Source of the DNA: Raillietiella orientalis
Taxonomy: Eukaryota
Assembly: GCA_036172245.1 (NCBI GenBank)
Contig: JAYWIR010000027.1
Span: 2,294,001 to 2,358,000, forward strand
DNA: 64,000 nt
Direction: 5' to 3'
Part shown: piece by piece, positions 22,827 through 36,235 of the stretch
Position numbering within the stretch: the first letter of the stretch is position 1
How the letters are laid out: every line of letters begins with the position of its first letter
Notes under the pieces: model-generated
Told to the model about the DNA's origin: nothing
The model's input: the letters and a program-made list of their open reading frames with translations, nothing else
Databases searched by the model: none
Program-made: the position numbers and the translations under genes

Positions 22827-25800
22827 AATAAGGTGCTCAAAAATGACTGTGATACGAACACAACTTTAATGACACTGTGTAAATAATAAAACAAAAAAAC
22901 AAAAAAAAAACAAAAAAAAAGGAACCGAGACGCACGATGCACACACACGATCGTCCTGGATACCGTTTCCTGGTGTTTAGGTCAAATTATTCTTGCTGTT
23001 CCGACCCGGGCGTGCATGCTGAGGCCGAATGTTTCTCCGAATTTAAAGAAACTGTTTTTGTGTTTACTGGGGGGGGGGGGGGAGAAGCAGCAGGAAAGAG
23101 AGGGGGAGGCAGGGAAAAAAATATGTACACACACACACACACACACACTTACAGTGCACAAGCTGCTCTTAATGACCCTGGATTCGCTGTTATTGCTGAT
23201 GGAATTGGCTTCTGGCATGTTGTGGCGGTGGTGGTGGTTGTATTTCACCGTGGGGCCTTCATGATCGTCTCACTGCCCGCCAGCCCACTGCACAACAAAT
23301 GATACATTGTTCCTTCCGGATATCGCGTCCGAACCTCACTGAGTGTACACGGACGGTTTGAACTTGGTGGTTAGGAACGGATGCCTGCCTTTGTTCCCAC
23401 TAAGGAGCACTGGAAGTGTTTCCAATTCATGCAATCAGGGAGCTAGCAGATGAGGATTGCGTTGCGAGTGTTTGAAATCCATTCAGAATGCAGGCTTCCC
23501 CCTCCCCTCCCTCCCTCCCTCCCTCCCCCCAGTGCCCGGGTATTCGCAGTGCGTGTGAATTTTGAAGACCGATGAGTTGGTGTGGCTTTGTTGTCTTCTG
23601 TGAAAGTTGCTTTTGCCCCCCTTTCTCTCTCTCTCTCTTTCTTTCTCTCTCTGGAGCAACTACCGGACTTTGACGTGAATTTTCCTATCGAGTGAACGCC
23701 GTGCCAGTTTATTAAAAACACTGGTTGGCATTGTAGGATTGATGATGATGATGCCGCGGTTGTGTATGCATGGTGCTAATAGTCAAAGTACCAAGCAGAA
23801 AACAAAATACACACATTTTCCAATTAGTCCTGTGCTTTAGCGATGTAGTTTTGGCCGTATTTCACACGGCAAATCGTGTGGGGCCCTACAAATTCGACGG
23901 AGTGCCCTCAAGTTGATTTACCATGCTCAGAAGCTGGAGACTTATGCAGATGGAACAGTAAATGATTTGACTTTAAGATACTTGTCCCTAGTATGAACCA
24001 AATCAAAACAATTCATAGTTTAAATGAAGTGTTCTGCACCTCCTGAAGTTTAAACAAGGATTGAAACTCAATCCCCAAACCATTTTAGCCTACTGATGCA
24101 GTCATGGTCAAGTAGCTTTTATGATGGTAGTTAAAGGTTGATATTTTTCTAGAAAAAAAAACTTACACATGCCTACGGAAAAGTGTACGGGGCAGCAATT
24201 TTTTTTCAGTGAATGTACAAGCCATTTCAATTAAAAATGAGTATTTCTTGAAGGAATGAATAGCAAACATACAAAACACCAAGCATGAAGCAAAAAAAAA
24301 AAAAAGGAATTTTTTCACACAAGGAGAGTTTTCAGTGTAGTTATTTCATGTTTATTCGTTTTTAGGAAGCAAGAATTGTGACATTCATTTGTGTAACCAT
24401 TTTCAACAGATGATGTTTCTGTTAGTATGCATGGGAGAAAATTGGTTGCTATTTTAAGATCAAAACTGCACAACTTTGCTGTTGATGGTGGCTTGCAAAA
24501 TGCAAAAAGCACACCAGCAGAACATAAATCGCACCATGGATGTTAATCTGACATATATTAAAAGGCTTGATATAAGAAACAAAAGTCACAGAAAAAGTAG
24601 CATTTTCGTTTTTTTTAAAAAAAAAAAAAAAAGAAACAAAAACTGTGTTTAGCATACTGTTGTGAAAGTAGGGGAAAAAGTGGAATCAAGGTCTAAGTTG
24701 TAAACCTGAAAGTTCCTTCTGAGCTATTCTTTTGAAATCCAAGTGGACAAAGGAACAGTTTAATTGTTCAATAGGATACAATGCTGGCTTCAGATTGCCA
24801 GAAATGATCAAACCTTTATATGGAGGTGCATGGTGATAAAAAATGAACTTTCATATCTCTATTGGTTTGTAGATATGTTCAGAACAGGAGGCATAGGCCT
24901 TGTGCTTATAGTTCATTGTGTTACCTATCTCTAGTTCTCACTGTCCAAAATTGCTTATTGAACAAGTGAAACTCTCTATTTTGAAACAAACTTTCTAATG
25001 TGTTGCCTGTGTTTTTATGTGGTAATGTATTTGATCTTTGAAAGAAGTTGATTTTTTTAAAGCAGAAAGAAATCAATCCATTGGCCATACTGCTTGTTTT
25101 TAGCCATGTACACAGTATTTGGGTCCCATCTCACTTGACAAACTGCTAGCAGTGACCCAAAAGTACTCAGTGCATAGTTATTGGTGCCTGAACTCATTAC
25201 ACACTCATCACAACCCAGCAGTCAGTCCATAGCATGATTTGTTTGCTATACAGCTCTCTCCAAAAATAATCATAACTTTAGTCTTTGATCATTGCCACAA
25301 ACAACTCTTGATTTCAAATTGAATTTTTTTTTTCCTTTTTGGAGGTTGCTGATGTTTAAAGTGCTTGTGTAGCAGTTTATTATTCCTTTATTCCATAGTT
25401 TCTCCCATGTGACACAGAAAAATTTTGAATCTGGAACCATAAGATGCAATGATGGATACTTCCCCTTGGTGTAGCATTTGTTTTTTGTTAGTAAGACTGC
25501 TGGTGGTCGTCGATCAGAATGAAATTTCGTTACGAATTATCGTTGTCGCCATTTTCAGCATCCAAGAAACTTGCTAGAGGTGCATAACTGATAATGTTTA
25601 TGTTTCGTACGTGGTGCTTTTAAAGGTGTGAACACATTCTTATCAAATGGCATCTCTTATGATCTCTACCAATTTCATGCTCACCTCATGGACCAGCTAC
25701 TGAAAGCGATCACGAAGACATGCTGCAAGAAAATGTTCTGATGTGATGGGCAACTCGTCTCCATCATCCACGTCATTAATATCGGTCGTGTTTCGACTAA

Positions 25801-28800
25801 ATTTGCTATTTATTTACTGCTGTATTGCAATAGCATGTTTTTTTTTTTAAAAAAAAAAAGTGATGGAACAAGAATTCATCGGTTGAGCTTTGTGATGTTC
25901 ACACCTCAATTATAACAAGAAGATTTGTTTCTCATCCTTCCTCTTTGGTCAGAAATCCATGTTTCGGTATCGGTGTATCTCGCTGGAGTGTACGTTTAAT
26001 TGGGAACCTATGTTTTTGTCTGTGTTCGCTATGTTAACAAGAGGCGATGATCGGTGGTTGACAATCGGCTGTAGCTATCCTAGAAGGAGGAATGTTGTGC
26101 TTCCCCAGACGTCCTTGCAGTGCTGGTGCATAGCAGAATTCAGAGCTTCGCAAACGCTGGTAACATGGATAATTTTTGCCGGTGGGTGCTGAAACGATGT
26201 CAACCGGATGATACCAGCATGGAAAGAGCAGCTTATAAGTTATACATCGGTTTCTTGGAAACAGCAGGGTATTTCGAAATTGAGGAAACAACGAGCGCTT
26301 AAGATGCTCTCCAAAGTAACTGCGCTGAAGAAGGCACGCGGTGCTAGGTGTGCAGGAACTTTTATCACGGATCTCTTGGAGAAGAGCAAACTGCATGGTT
26401 TCTGATGGTGAACTACGGATGGACTCTTGTTTTTCCGCGTCCCCGTAATCGGCAAATCCTGTGAAAATTGCGTCGAGGCTCCGTGAGAGTTTCCTGGGAC
26501 ACGCCCGCTGAAAACGAAACGAAGGGATCGGAAGTTGCCTTGAAATAAAGCACAACATGCATCCCGGATTTTCCCGGCAGCTCCGGGACTCGCATTTGCA
26601 AAGCCGAACGACCGCAGTCTCGGGGACCGAGCTTATTTCGATCCTGCCTCAGAGGCGAGGACGGAGGGAAGGGAGAAACCCGAGGAATGGATGTCCAGGT
26701 GGCAAAAGTGTTTTGAAGACGCATCCAGAATCTCAGACGGTTTGAGTAAACGGGGAAGTCTCCCGCCTTTATGGGGATGGGGGAGATCGAGAGCTGCACA
26801 TCATGATTGCAGTTCCGAACACCAATCAGACGATGACCTTTGACAGCAAATGGATAGATGTATCGGTTCCACTTTTTTTTTTTTTTTTTTTGCATTCGCC
26901 TTTTGAATCCAGCTGTGTCTGTGAGGATCTCCTCTTCTCCACTCCAACATGGTTCTTCCCGCAGTCCTCGATCGCGAACCGTGTGGATAGCAGTGCAGCA
27001 GCGGGGAGGGCAAGCCGCAACCTCGGGAAAGACAGCAATTCGTGCGTGCGTGCGTGCGTGTGCGTGCGTGCGATCTCCAAGGCGTCTTGATGCGTGAGGC
27101 CGTATATCTGCATCACGACTGCTTTCTCTCCAGCCGCTCTAAAGAGGGGTTCCCGGATCACGAGGAGAGAGGGAAGCCTGCGCGTGCTGTTCCGTGGCGG
27201 CAGCAGCCGGTCCTTTCCGCTACTCGTCGCTGCAGCCCTCTGGCACTGTCCTCGTGTTGCGCGAGGGGGGCTCACGGTCTTATGGCTGCAGTCAACCTGC
27301 CGGCTGGCAAATGCAGGGTTCTCGAGCGGCTCGTTTCACTGGAGGCGGAGGGAGAGGGGTGGTGGGCAGGCCCCTCTCGCGACGGCGTCCGTCATCAGTG
27401 GATGAGGGGCGAGCCGCCCTCTTGCCCTCTTGCCGCCCCTTGCAGCAGTGCCGCCCGCACAAAGCCGGTGTTCACGTCATCTGGGCGCGCAATGGAAGGG
27501 GTCAGAAGGGGGGGGGGGAGAAGGGGACCAGCCTCCTGTAGGATGTAAGACTGTCGTCCATTTAGCGTGGCCTGCGAGCCACACCCCGCAACGCCCTCCT
27601 CCCGAGCGAGTTGGGCGATGCATTGGAGTGCAGGGTACGACTGCAGCCGCGGTTTTTCGTGGTGACGGCATGCCTGGGGGATAGGGTGGTGGGCCTGGAA
27701 GGCGGAGGGGACTGGCACTGGATGACTCATGGAAGCACGCCGAAGACTCCTGGGGGAGTAGCTTTGCGTGCCACTGCTGGGATGCTACTTCACCTGGAGG
27801 GACGAGATCAGTGAGTTGACGGCGACGATGACACCAGCGTCAAGGCACCGGTGTCGCTGCTGCAACAAGGTGGTCTGGGAACGACGGCGAAGGAGGGGAG
27901 TGATCTCCAGGATGAAGGAGAGTGGGGGATGTCGGGTGAGCACGAGTCAGGAGGGCTACGCTGCAGGCAAGAGAGGTCCGGAGGAGGCCCCCCTCTTTGC
28001 GGGGCAGGTGTCAGCGTTCCCAGCGGAGGCGTTTCTTCCCCTCCCCGTGCGCAAGGGGGAGGACTCGGATCCTGGTTGTGGAGATAGGAGAACGGGACGT
28101 GGTCTACCTGCGGACCCGGGTGGAGGCGTCCCTCTCGGGGGCCACTCCGGGCGAAACCGGGGCTCCCTCGGGATGCTAGCTCTTAACGCGCTGCGAGACT
28201 CACCCCGCGGAAAGACCTTTCGCTCCCCTTCCTCCTCTATCACCATCCACTTTCGACCCGTGCTCCCTCCCTGCCCTTCTTTGGTCTCTTCCGCCGGAGG
28301 GCGGGCGTCCCCGACCCTTCCTCTCCCCTGAACACGCCGCCGACCCGCTCACATACATAGGGGACTTCAGGCGAAGGAAACGCAGCGCCCCAGGGGAGTA
28401 GGCCATCCCCTTTCGGATAGGTCTTTCCTTTTCGCTCCCCCTCCTCCCCCATCGCAGGTGCCCGGATCACCCGACGTAATCCTTCGTTTTCGTCCCTCAG
28501 AACCATCCCTATCTTTCCCTTTTTCGGGGACCGCCCTCCCTTCCTGCCAGGCTCGCCTCCCTTTCATCCTAAACGCCGGAGGCGCTTTCCCCCTTCGACC
28601 CGGACTCTCCAGGGAAGGAACGATCGATCCTTTCTCCTGCTGCCCTCCCAGTGCGGGAACGCGTCCATTCCCGTCTGGGAAGGATAAGGGCAAGGCCCCC
28701 GGCCGTTCCCCGCCAGGTCTCTCGTCCCTGCCAAATTCCCTCCACAGGTCGAGACTTAGGAGAGCGTCCTCCCGTAGCGAGTCCTGCTGGAGGCGGGAGC

Positions 28801-31800
28801 AGGACCACGGGATTCCCAAAACGAGGGGCGCACAGACCTCCGGCTTTTCCTACCGGGACCAATAGAGACCCAACGTTTCCATCGTCTCCCAGGGGAACTT
28901 GGGGTTCCTGGGACCGTGAAGAGTGCAGCGGGTCGAGGGAGTGAAGAGGGAGAAGAGCTCTGTACCGGGAGAGGTGCCTCTTCCTGGGAACGGCGGGAAG
29001 GATCCCTCCCCCTTCTTGAGACCAGCAGCGTCCGTCTCAGGAAAGAGAGGGGGAGTAATGGTCCCCCTTATACTTCCATCCTTCTCTTCCTCCTCCTCTA
29101 TGAAAGTCCCGCCAGTTCCGGGAACGTAGCTTTCGCTCCGGAAACGCCTCGGCTCACGGTCGCCAGCAACCAGAGGGCAGCAGGGACGGTTCTCTTCGAG
29201 GCTGCCGGTAAGTCACGAGCTCTCCCTCTTGCCCACGCAAAGAGTAGTGTCCTTCCCTTCTCCCCCTCTCGGGCCCACCGAAACGACGCGCCTCCCTCCT
29301 GGCAGGTGAGAGGGAGAGGGAGGAGTCGAGTGCGTGTTCCTGCAGGGGCACTTCGTCGCCCTTCCTTCTGAGTACCCTGCAGACCTCCCTCCCCACTTGT
29401 CCGAAACTTTGACGGGGGGAAGGAGGGTTCGCTGCCCTTCACTGCTCTTCCAGTGGTGCCCCCCGCATCTCGATTTGCTTTGACGTCGCTCTCGGATACC
29501 TCCCCTTCGCCTGGCGGCGGTGCGTTCCTTTGGCCCGGTCGCTGATCGCCGGACATGGGGGTGGGGACGGAGGGCAGGGGAGGATACTTTCCCCCTGAAC
29601 TTGCACGTGCTCCCACGAGGGTAGCAGGGTGCATGCCTAAGGGTCTCCGACCCTGGCGTCTCTCCCCCTCCTCCTAGTTTTTATCCGGATAGGAAGGATG
29701 AGGAGATGGCTGCCCTCGAGGAAGGGGTCGAGGTCGTCCTCTGACCAGCGTGTCTGGAAGGTAGGAGTGGCCCGTTCGGATGCCCTTACTCTGGAGCAGA
29801 GGCAGGGGCATTGTTCCTGAGGCAACTGGAGGAGTGAAGGGGGAGCCATGCTGAAGGAGAGAAGAGGCGTCCACCTTCCCCCCTTCAGTCTCTTTCTTCC
29901 TCTTCTCCCAACTCAACCCTTTCCTCCTCCAAAGTGGTATGAGAGGTCGTGACAGGCTCGGAAAGCAAGGGTCAAAGGTAACTCCGGAGAGAGAGAGGAG
30001 TGACCAAAGGAGTCTCGTCATCAGGAACCCTCCGCAGGGAGGGGGAGAGAACAGCGTCTGTTCCCCGCGGTAGTCTTCAATACACCCCGGTCCAGTGACT
30101 GGGTGCACCCCGTCCAATCAGAATCCTCGCCCCCTTGGCAGGGGCCGAGGGCTCAGAGCCAGTGCTCCTTCTCGGTTTCTGGTTGTGTGTACGCGTGCGC
30201 TCTACTCCGGTTGCCCAGGGACGGCGAGAGAGCAGGGGGAGCAAGGGACGCATGGGCTAGATCCCAGGCAAGGACCTGCCCCTCATTTCCACCTATCCTT
30301 CTTCTTTGGTCTCACGAGGCAACGACCGGATGCGTCTCCTTTTCCTCCCTCTCGCCGCTTTTCGCTCCGGAGGTCCACCGCTTCTGTGGAGGCAGATCAC
30401 TTTCGAAGAGGAGGGCCAGGAACGAGGGATGGGTGGGGGGCATGGAGGAGGCGGGACCGTACCGACGGCTGGTCTCTGCGGAGACGACTTCCCTGCGACG
30501 GAAACCACCCTCCTCAGCGATCCGAGAGAATTCTTCTCTCTCTTCCCCGCTTTTTCGGGCCTCGGGATGCAGCCATTGCAGGAGGTGTCCTTTCCGAACT
30601 GACCGCCAGGTGGCCACTGTGCAGCGAGACTCCCCAGTGACCTCTCCCGACTGACGCAGGAACGAACGGCTGCTTTGTGGCCGCCGTCGAACGAGAGAGG
30701 CGGTGCCGCTAGAGCGTGATGCTGCGGCTGCCGGTCGGTCGCACGAGCGCAGCGGAGCAGAGAAGTGGATGGGTGTGGACGGCAAAGGAATAGGAGGTTC
30801 AATGGTACCAGGCTGGAAAAGAGTCCTGGGAATAAGGACCGAGGAGCTGTTCCCTGTTCCACCTTCTTCTCCTTCGTCGTCGTTTCCGTGAGCGGGTGAC
30901 CGCCGTTTCGTCTTGGGAGCGGACGAGCGGGACACCCCGTCTGCGGGATCAGCTCGGAAAAGATCCTCGCCCAAGAGAAGAATAGCCTACCCATCCATCA
31001 CCTCTCGTCTGCCTCCCCTTCCGCAGCGTCAAGGACGCTCACCACAGGGGGGTTCGATCCTCTCCTCCCATACCTTTCCTGGGAAGCAAGGAGCAGCTGC
31101 CCCTATCCAAGAGCATGCGTAGGTGTCCGACTTCCCTCCCTTCCACCTCCACCAGCAGGTGAATCTTACGGGGAGGGGGGAGGGGAGAAAAAGCCAAGGG
31201 ACGGTTGAAGCATCTTCACAAGTCTAGGATCCCACGCCCCACTGGAAGAGGACGCTGTTCTTTGATGGAAGCTGCAGCCCGTCCTTGAATGACCCACCCA
31301 CCACCACCACGGAACATCCCTTTTTCTCAGAGCACGACATGAAGGAGGGAGAGGGGAGTGGGCAGGAGTGGCCCGCGACACCGCCGCTGGTCCCCTGTGC
31401 CGCCCGCACAAAGCCGGTGTTCACGTCATCTGTTCACGTCACTCTCCTGTCCGTGCCAGACTTGGGAGATAGGCCGCTCCCTTCCCCCTTTCCCATCCCG
31501 TGACTCCCGCCGCAACCGAGTGGATTCCCAATCTCCGGTGGGTCTGCTGGGGTCTGCATCACTTCCTCTCCTCGCATCGCTCACTCATGCGAGGAGAGGA
31601 AGGGTCCGATCAATGTCGTCGTCGGTCCAGCTTCGTGGGAGCCGCCAAAGTCTACGAGCTCTCTTTGCGCGCATTCGCACGACCTGGACTCTTCCCTGAG
31701 CCCAATTTCCAAGGCATCCGAGCGACATTCATCCTCCCGATCACAGACATGTCCATCGTGTAGATCGTCGTGGCTCCGCGCGCCTTATCGCTCCATCTGC

Positions 31801-34488
31801 AGCCATGAGGTGCCGCCGCGCGCGTCAGCGACGGCTGAAGCGGAGGACGCTCCGCCCTCTCCTCTCAGCATCCTCGAGACAGATGCGAATCGGAAGCAGC
31901 CTCCCCGGGCCAACTGGAGCACGAAATTGGCACTTCCGGCGGAACGGCGCGGATGGGAACCGTCCGCGTGTGGGAAAAGGTCCTCGGAGAGGAAAGAGGA
32001 GGAAGGAAGGAATGGCAGCACGACGAGATGCGCGCTACAGCCCGTGGCGAAGGCGCGGTGCGCGATCAGGCGCTGCTGGCTGACCACTCATCCCGCGTAT
32101 CTGCCAGGTAGATTGCGCGCTCACGCCCAGGAATCTCTTTCGCGTCCAAGGGTTTTTTTTCTCGTCAGAAAACAAAAAACAAAACAAAAAAGAATCCTTG
32201 GATGTGAATCCACCAGCGTAACCGGAAAGAATTGCTCGAGAACCTTCACGCTTTCTCCGGAGCAGTCTCAGATGGGTAGCGGCAGACGTGTGTGGGGGGG
32301 TCCCCTCCTCGGATGGGTACTTTGCACCATGGCAGTATCGTGGGAAGAATGCGAAGACGGAACCGAAATAGGGAAGCGTGGCGCTCGCCATGCAATTCGG
32401 TTGCGTGCCTCTGAACCACGTTCTTCCTTGACTGGATGCTATTTCCGTTCGCGAAAATAAAATGAAACGGAAACCAAAACCGAAGAGGACACGGAGCTAC
32501 CTGCAGCACACGAAGGCTGTGTGTGACAGCCCTATTGGAGGTTCCATCGAAACTGCCGGGTGTGTGAACATCGGCGCCTCAGCTTGGTATGGGAAATACG
32601 TTCGAAATTCCAGATGATTCCTTTGTGACGTTTCCGACGTTTCCCAACTACGAACGCCCTCGGATCCGGGTCAGGCTTTCTGATTCCTTCACTCTTCAAA
32701 TCTACTCCCCGAGTCCCAAAGAACCCGAAGGCATTTCTCAAGCTTGAGCCTACCAGGGGATGCATGGCAACGGAAGGGAAGGGGGGAGGAACGCGATGGG
32801 TGCCGCCACCCACAGCTGCTCGCATTGCTGTTCCTAGACCTGCCGAACGCGTGCTCAGCAGCACACACAAGGTGCTCTAATTGGTGCGGTAGCAAGACTG
32901 GTGATCTAATAAATCCAGTTTGGAAACCGATGCCAGTGTTACCAATCCCCATTATCAGGAGGGTTCAGGGATCGAAGATGAAATGTGATCGGGAGTTCAT
33001 GTTTCCGAACGCCACCCTTTCACAGTAGGGATGTGCAAATTCTAGTAGTCAGTGAGGCGATTTATGGGGGCTCCCCTTCGAACTTGAACCGGAGAGTGCT
33101 CCGCTGTTCGTAAGCAATTCAAGGTCGCTTCGTCATTTCTTGTTTGCTATCCCGAGCTTGTAATCATGCTGCTCCTCGACGCCTTTCTCTTTCAAAGACG
33201 AAACTGTAACGAGCGAAGTCCACGTGAAACTACAGGACTCATTTCTGCTGGGAGGGGGGGGGGGGGGGAATGGCATGGAAGCTGGCAGCACATCGATTAG
33301 CTCACTGTCAAATCAGATCAAAGGCGAAAAAGTGCCGTAGGGCCCAGGAAGAGGAAAGGGCGCTCAGAGACAGATGACGTTTCCACCAGATCCAACGTTT
33401 GGCCTGTCACCTAGCGGGAAATGAACGATCGTGTGGGCCGCCGACTTGCTTCAAGCCGTCCTTGAAGTGGAGAGCTTTCGAAAAACGGGTGGGAGGAATG
33501 GCGCTAAAAGGATGCTGAGAAGAATCACTTAAAAGGAAGGGTAGGCGACTTCAGAAACCTCGAACGGCACTCTAGATTTGAGATTTTGTGGATGTTGGGT
33601 GCCGAGTTAAGTGACGGGCAGGAGGCAGACCCGGCTGCTATTGCAAGCACGAACAACGCGAAGGTTAGCAAGAAGCGAAAGGTCGAATCAACAGATTCAC
33701 CAGTTGCTCCGCAGGCCGGTTTTGCCCGGTTCTGATGTCACGTCAGTTCCGTCGAAAAACGTCACGTCGGTGCGCGAGCTGCACCTGCCGAGTCGCGCTG
33801 CTCTCCCATGCTTACTTCGAGATGCTTCGATCGGTATCGAGTCCACCGCCTGCCTAAGTGCTCCACTTCGAAGGCCTCGAGCGGCACAGGGAATTCTGAT
33901 CATGTGCTATGTGGGAAAGACGAAATCAGCCACGAGGAAAATGATAACTGCCCTGGAAAGAGCCGATAAACATCAATACGGGAAGGGTCCAAGGTTGATC
34001 CTCAAAGAGCGTGAATGCTGCTGACACATGGGGTGATAGACCCACGTAAGATTCGGAGAAAGCGCAGCATCTTTACTTGCCGGGCTACTCGTAGCGTTGA
34101 AAGGAAACGGCTGGGGCACAGAAGCTCCGATCCCGAATGTTTTTTGGCGTTTCCGGAAAAGAGATGCATGCCTTTCGGGGCGATGCAACCGTTCCTGATC
34201 TCTTGCCAGGATCCGAACATCCGCGTCTCGCAAGTTGAGGCCGCTGGTTGGCTGGTGTTTGCTCCGTCTTCCCCAGCGCACTTCCGCGGTGAGGAGAACG
34301 GGTTTAGGGTGCTCAGTAACGAGGTCAGGTCAGGGTCTCGTCGTGGAACTCCAGTGAAAGGGAAAGAAAGAAAGAACCTCGAGTCGAGGGTCTGGTCTCC
34401 CAGAGGTCTCATGCCCGCGATGTATCCGAGAGCAGGCGTTCCTGGAAACGAGGGCTCACATGTGTGACCTGAAGGAGAGTCATCCTGA

Positions 34489-34519
34489 ATCGCTTCTCGG
34501 CCTTTCGGCTAAGGTCAAA
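34489..34519 (+). pseudogene. 3'-truncated U2 snRNA fragment (about nt 1-31)
   Basis: ATCGCTTCTCGGCCTTTCGGCTAAGGTCAAA matches the metazoan U2 5' end (AUCGCUUCUCGGCCUUUUGGCUAAGAUCAA) with 2 differences; flanked by diverged direct repeats CTGAAGGAGAGTCA and CTGAAAGAGAGCCA. Confidence 0.8.
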
Positions 34520-34644
34520 CTGAAAGAGAGCCAATGAAGTCAGGCGATCGACCTTAACCAACTCCGAATCGCTCTGCCAGCGGCGAGCGTTTTTTTTTTT
34601 TTTATTCCGGAACATTCATGAACAAGGTGCCTGGACACCAGCTG

Positions 34645-36235
34645 CTAGTATTCCGCCTTGAACATGTTGGCCGCCACAGGGCTTCCCACGATGTTGCTCC
34701 GAATGGTCTGCAGGAAACCCTCGAGAGAGAAGTGGTGCCTTTGAGGGATGGATGGAAGAGGATCGATCTTGTGCTTCTGCTCGAGCAGCAGGAATATGTA
34801 ACGATGGAAACCCGTGTTCCGGGGAGGTCCAGGAGGATGATACGTCGCACCTACAAGAGAGATACGGATCACCCCGAGGGAAACGGGAGAAAACGAGGAA
34901 AGGGCGAAGGACGAACCTGACAGGGCGAAGTCGTCTTCGTAGAGTGACTCGATCAGCTTCTGCCCCTGAAATGGAAAAAAGGGAATGAATGATTCGCAGC
35001 CGGAATGATAAAAGTCACTTTTCTGTGGGGTGGGGAAGCTGCGCCCACCGAGGTACCCTCTTAAAGCGCTCACCCGCTCCGTCGTCTGCTCAGGAAACAA
35101 ATGAAATTTACGGGGGAACGCAGAGCCATCTCTTAACAGATTGCGGAACCCCGGCTACTACATCGAAAATGACATCAAGCAGCGAGCAGACCGTTCAGTG
35201 CAAGGTGGGAAGCATGGAGATCCACGAATGGCGCAGCCAAGTGGATGCGACGTCTGTAAGTTTTGGATGGGGCCGAGGTCGGGAAGAGGACAGGAACATG
35301 GACCCTGAGGCTCCCTCGTCGACAGCTTGCGTGCCCCACCCGGCATGCACCACCATCCACCCAGCCGCTCTCCCAACGATCTCAAGGCAAGTTTACGAGT
35401 TCCCTGTGGCCGGAGTCGACCACACGGGTACAAAAACTCCCCGGTGACTTTCTCTTTTTCCTCCTGTAGTGAAAGGGAGCTAGACCAAAGCGGGATGGAG
35501 CACGCACGCTCGAACCCTGAGAGCAGGAGTGCCAGAAAGGTGTCTGCCGGTTCCTCGGACGCGGTCTCTTCCCTCCTCTGGTCTCCCAAAACTACCCTGG
35601 GGCGGGGACCCCCGGGGGAGGCAGGCGGGCGGGGTCAGCGAGAAAGCAGTGCCGCGCCTCGCTTACCGGTGCAAAAATGCGCCCGAGCGGGCAAGCGTCG
35701 AAGAGGGTCGGCAGCAAGGGGGGAGTCAGGGGAGAGGATGAGGTGGGGGTAAAAATCGCTCCGGTCGCCGGCGGGAAGGCGGAAGGGCGCGCGCGGTCCA
35801 CTCACCGGCACGTTCATCAGGATCCAGTGGAGCCAGAATTCCCCCTGGGTGTGGTTCGGCGCGTCCGGGTCCAGCATCAGCAGGGTGTACAGCTTGTTCT
35901 GAAAGGGAGGAAGGGGGTGCGTGAGGGTGAGGGGAGAGTGGGGAAGTTACCGGGCTGGCTTCGTACCGGACCCGCGGGGCTTCCTTGAACTCGCCCTTGG
36001 GCCGTTCCTCCCCGCATCTCACGCCGGTCTCGATCCCGACCCGGTTCTCCAGGAGGATCGTGCCGCTAGACTGGCTGCACGGGTTGCTCACGACAACGCT
36101 GGAGGGCTCAGCGCGCGCCGCGGGCAAGGGCGGACCCAGCGCCACCATCACCAACAACAACATCGTCGTCGTCGTCGAAGGCAGCAGCACCAGGCGACAG
36201 TGCGGCATCAGCAAGGCCCTGCGTGCAGTCACCAT
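34645..36235 (-). CDS. Phosphatidylethanolamine-binding protein (PEBP family) with predicted signal peptide, PEBP4/OV-16-like, 4 exons, about 210 aa
   Basis: Exons (minus) 36235-35951, 35898-35806, 34965-34917, 34850-34645; GT-AG, 633 nt. Motifs KLYTLLMLDPDAP, WLHW, YHPPGPP, TGFHRYIFLL. Hydrophobic N-terminus MLLLVMVALG...ARA; the start could be a later ATG. Confidence 0.9.

Noticed and set aside
31049..31062. B-box-like GGTTCGATCC
   Set aside because: No A-box or cloverleaf at the right spacing.
26000..34400. Scattered zinc-knuckle and endonuclease-like remnants (also 58230-58750)
   Set aside because: Probably more retroelement debris, but too degraded to assign boundaries by eye.
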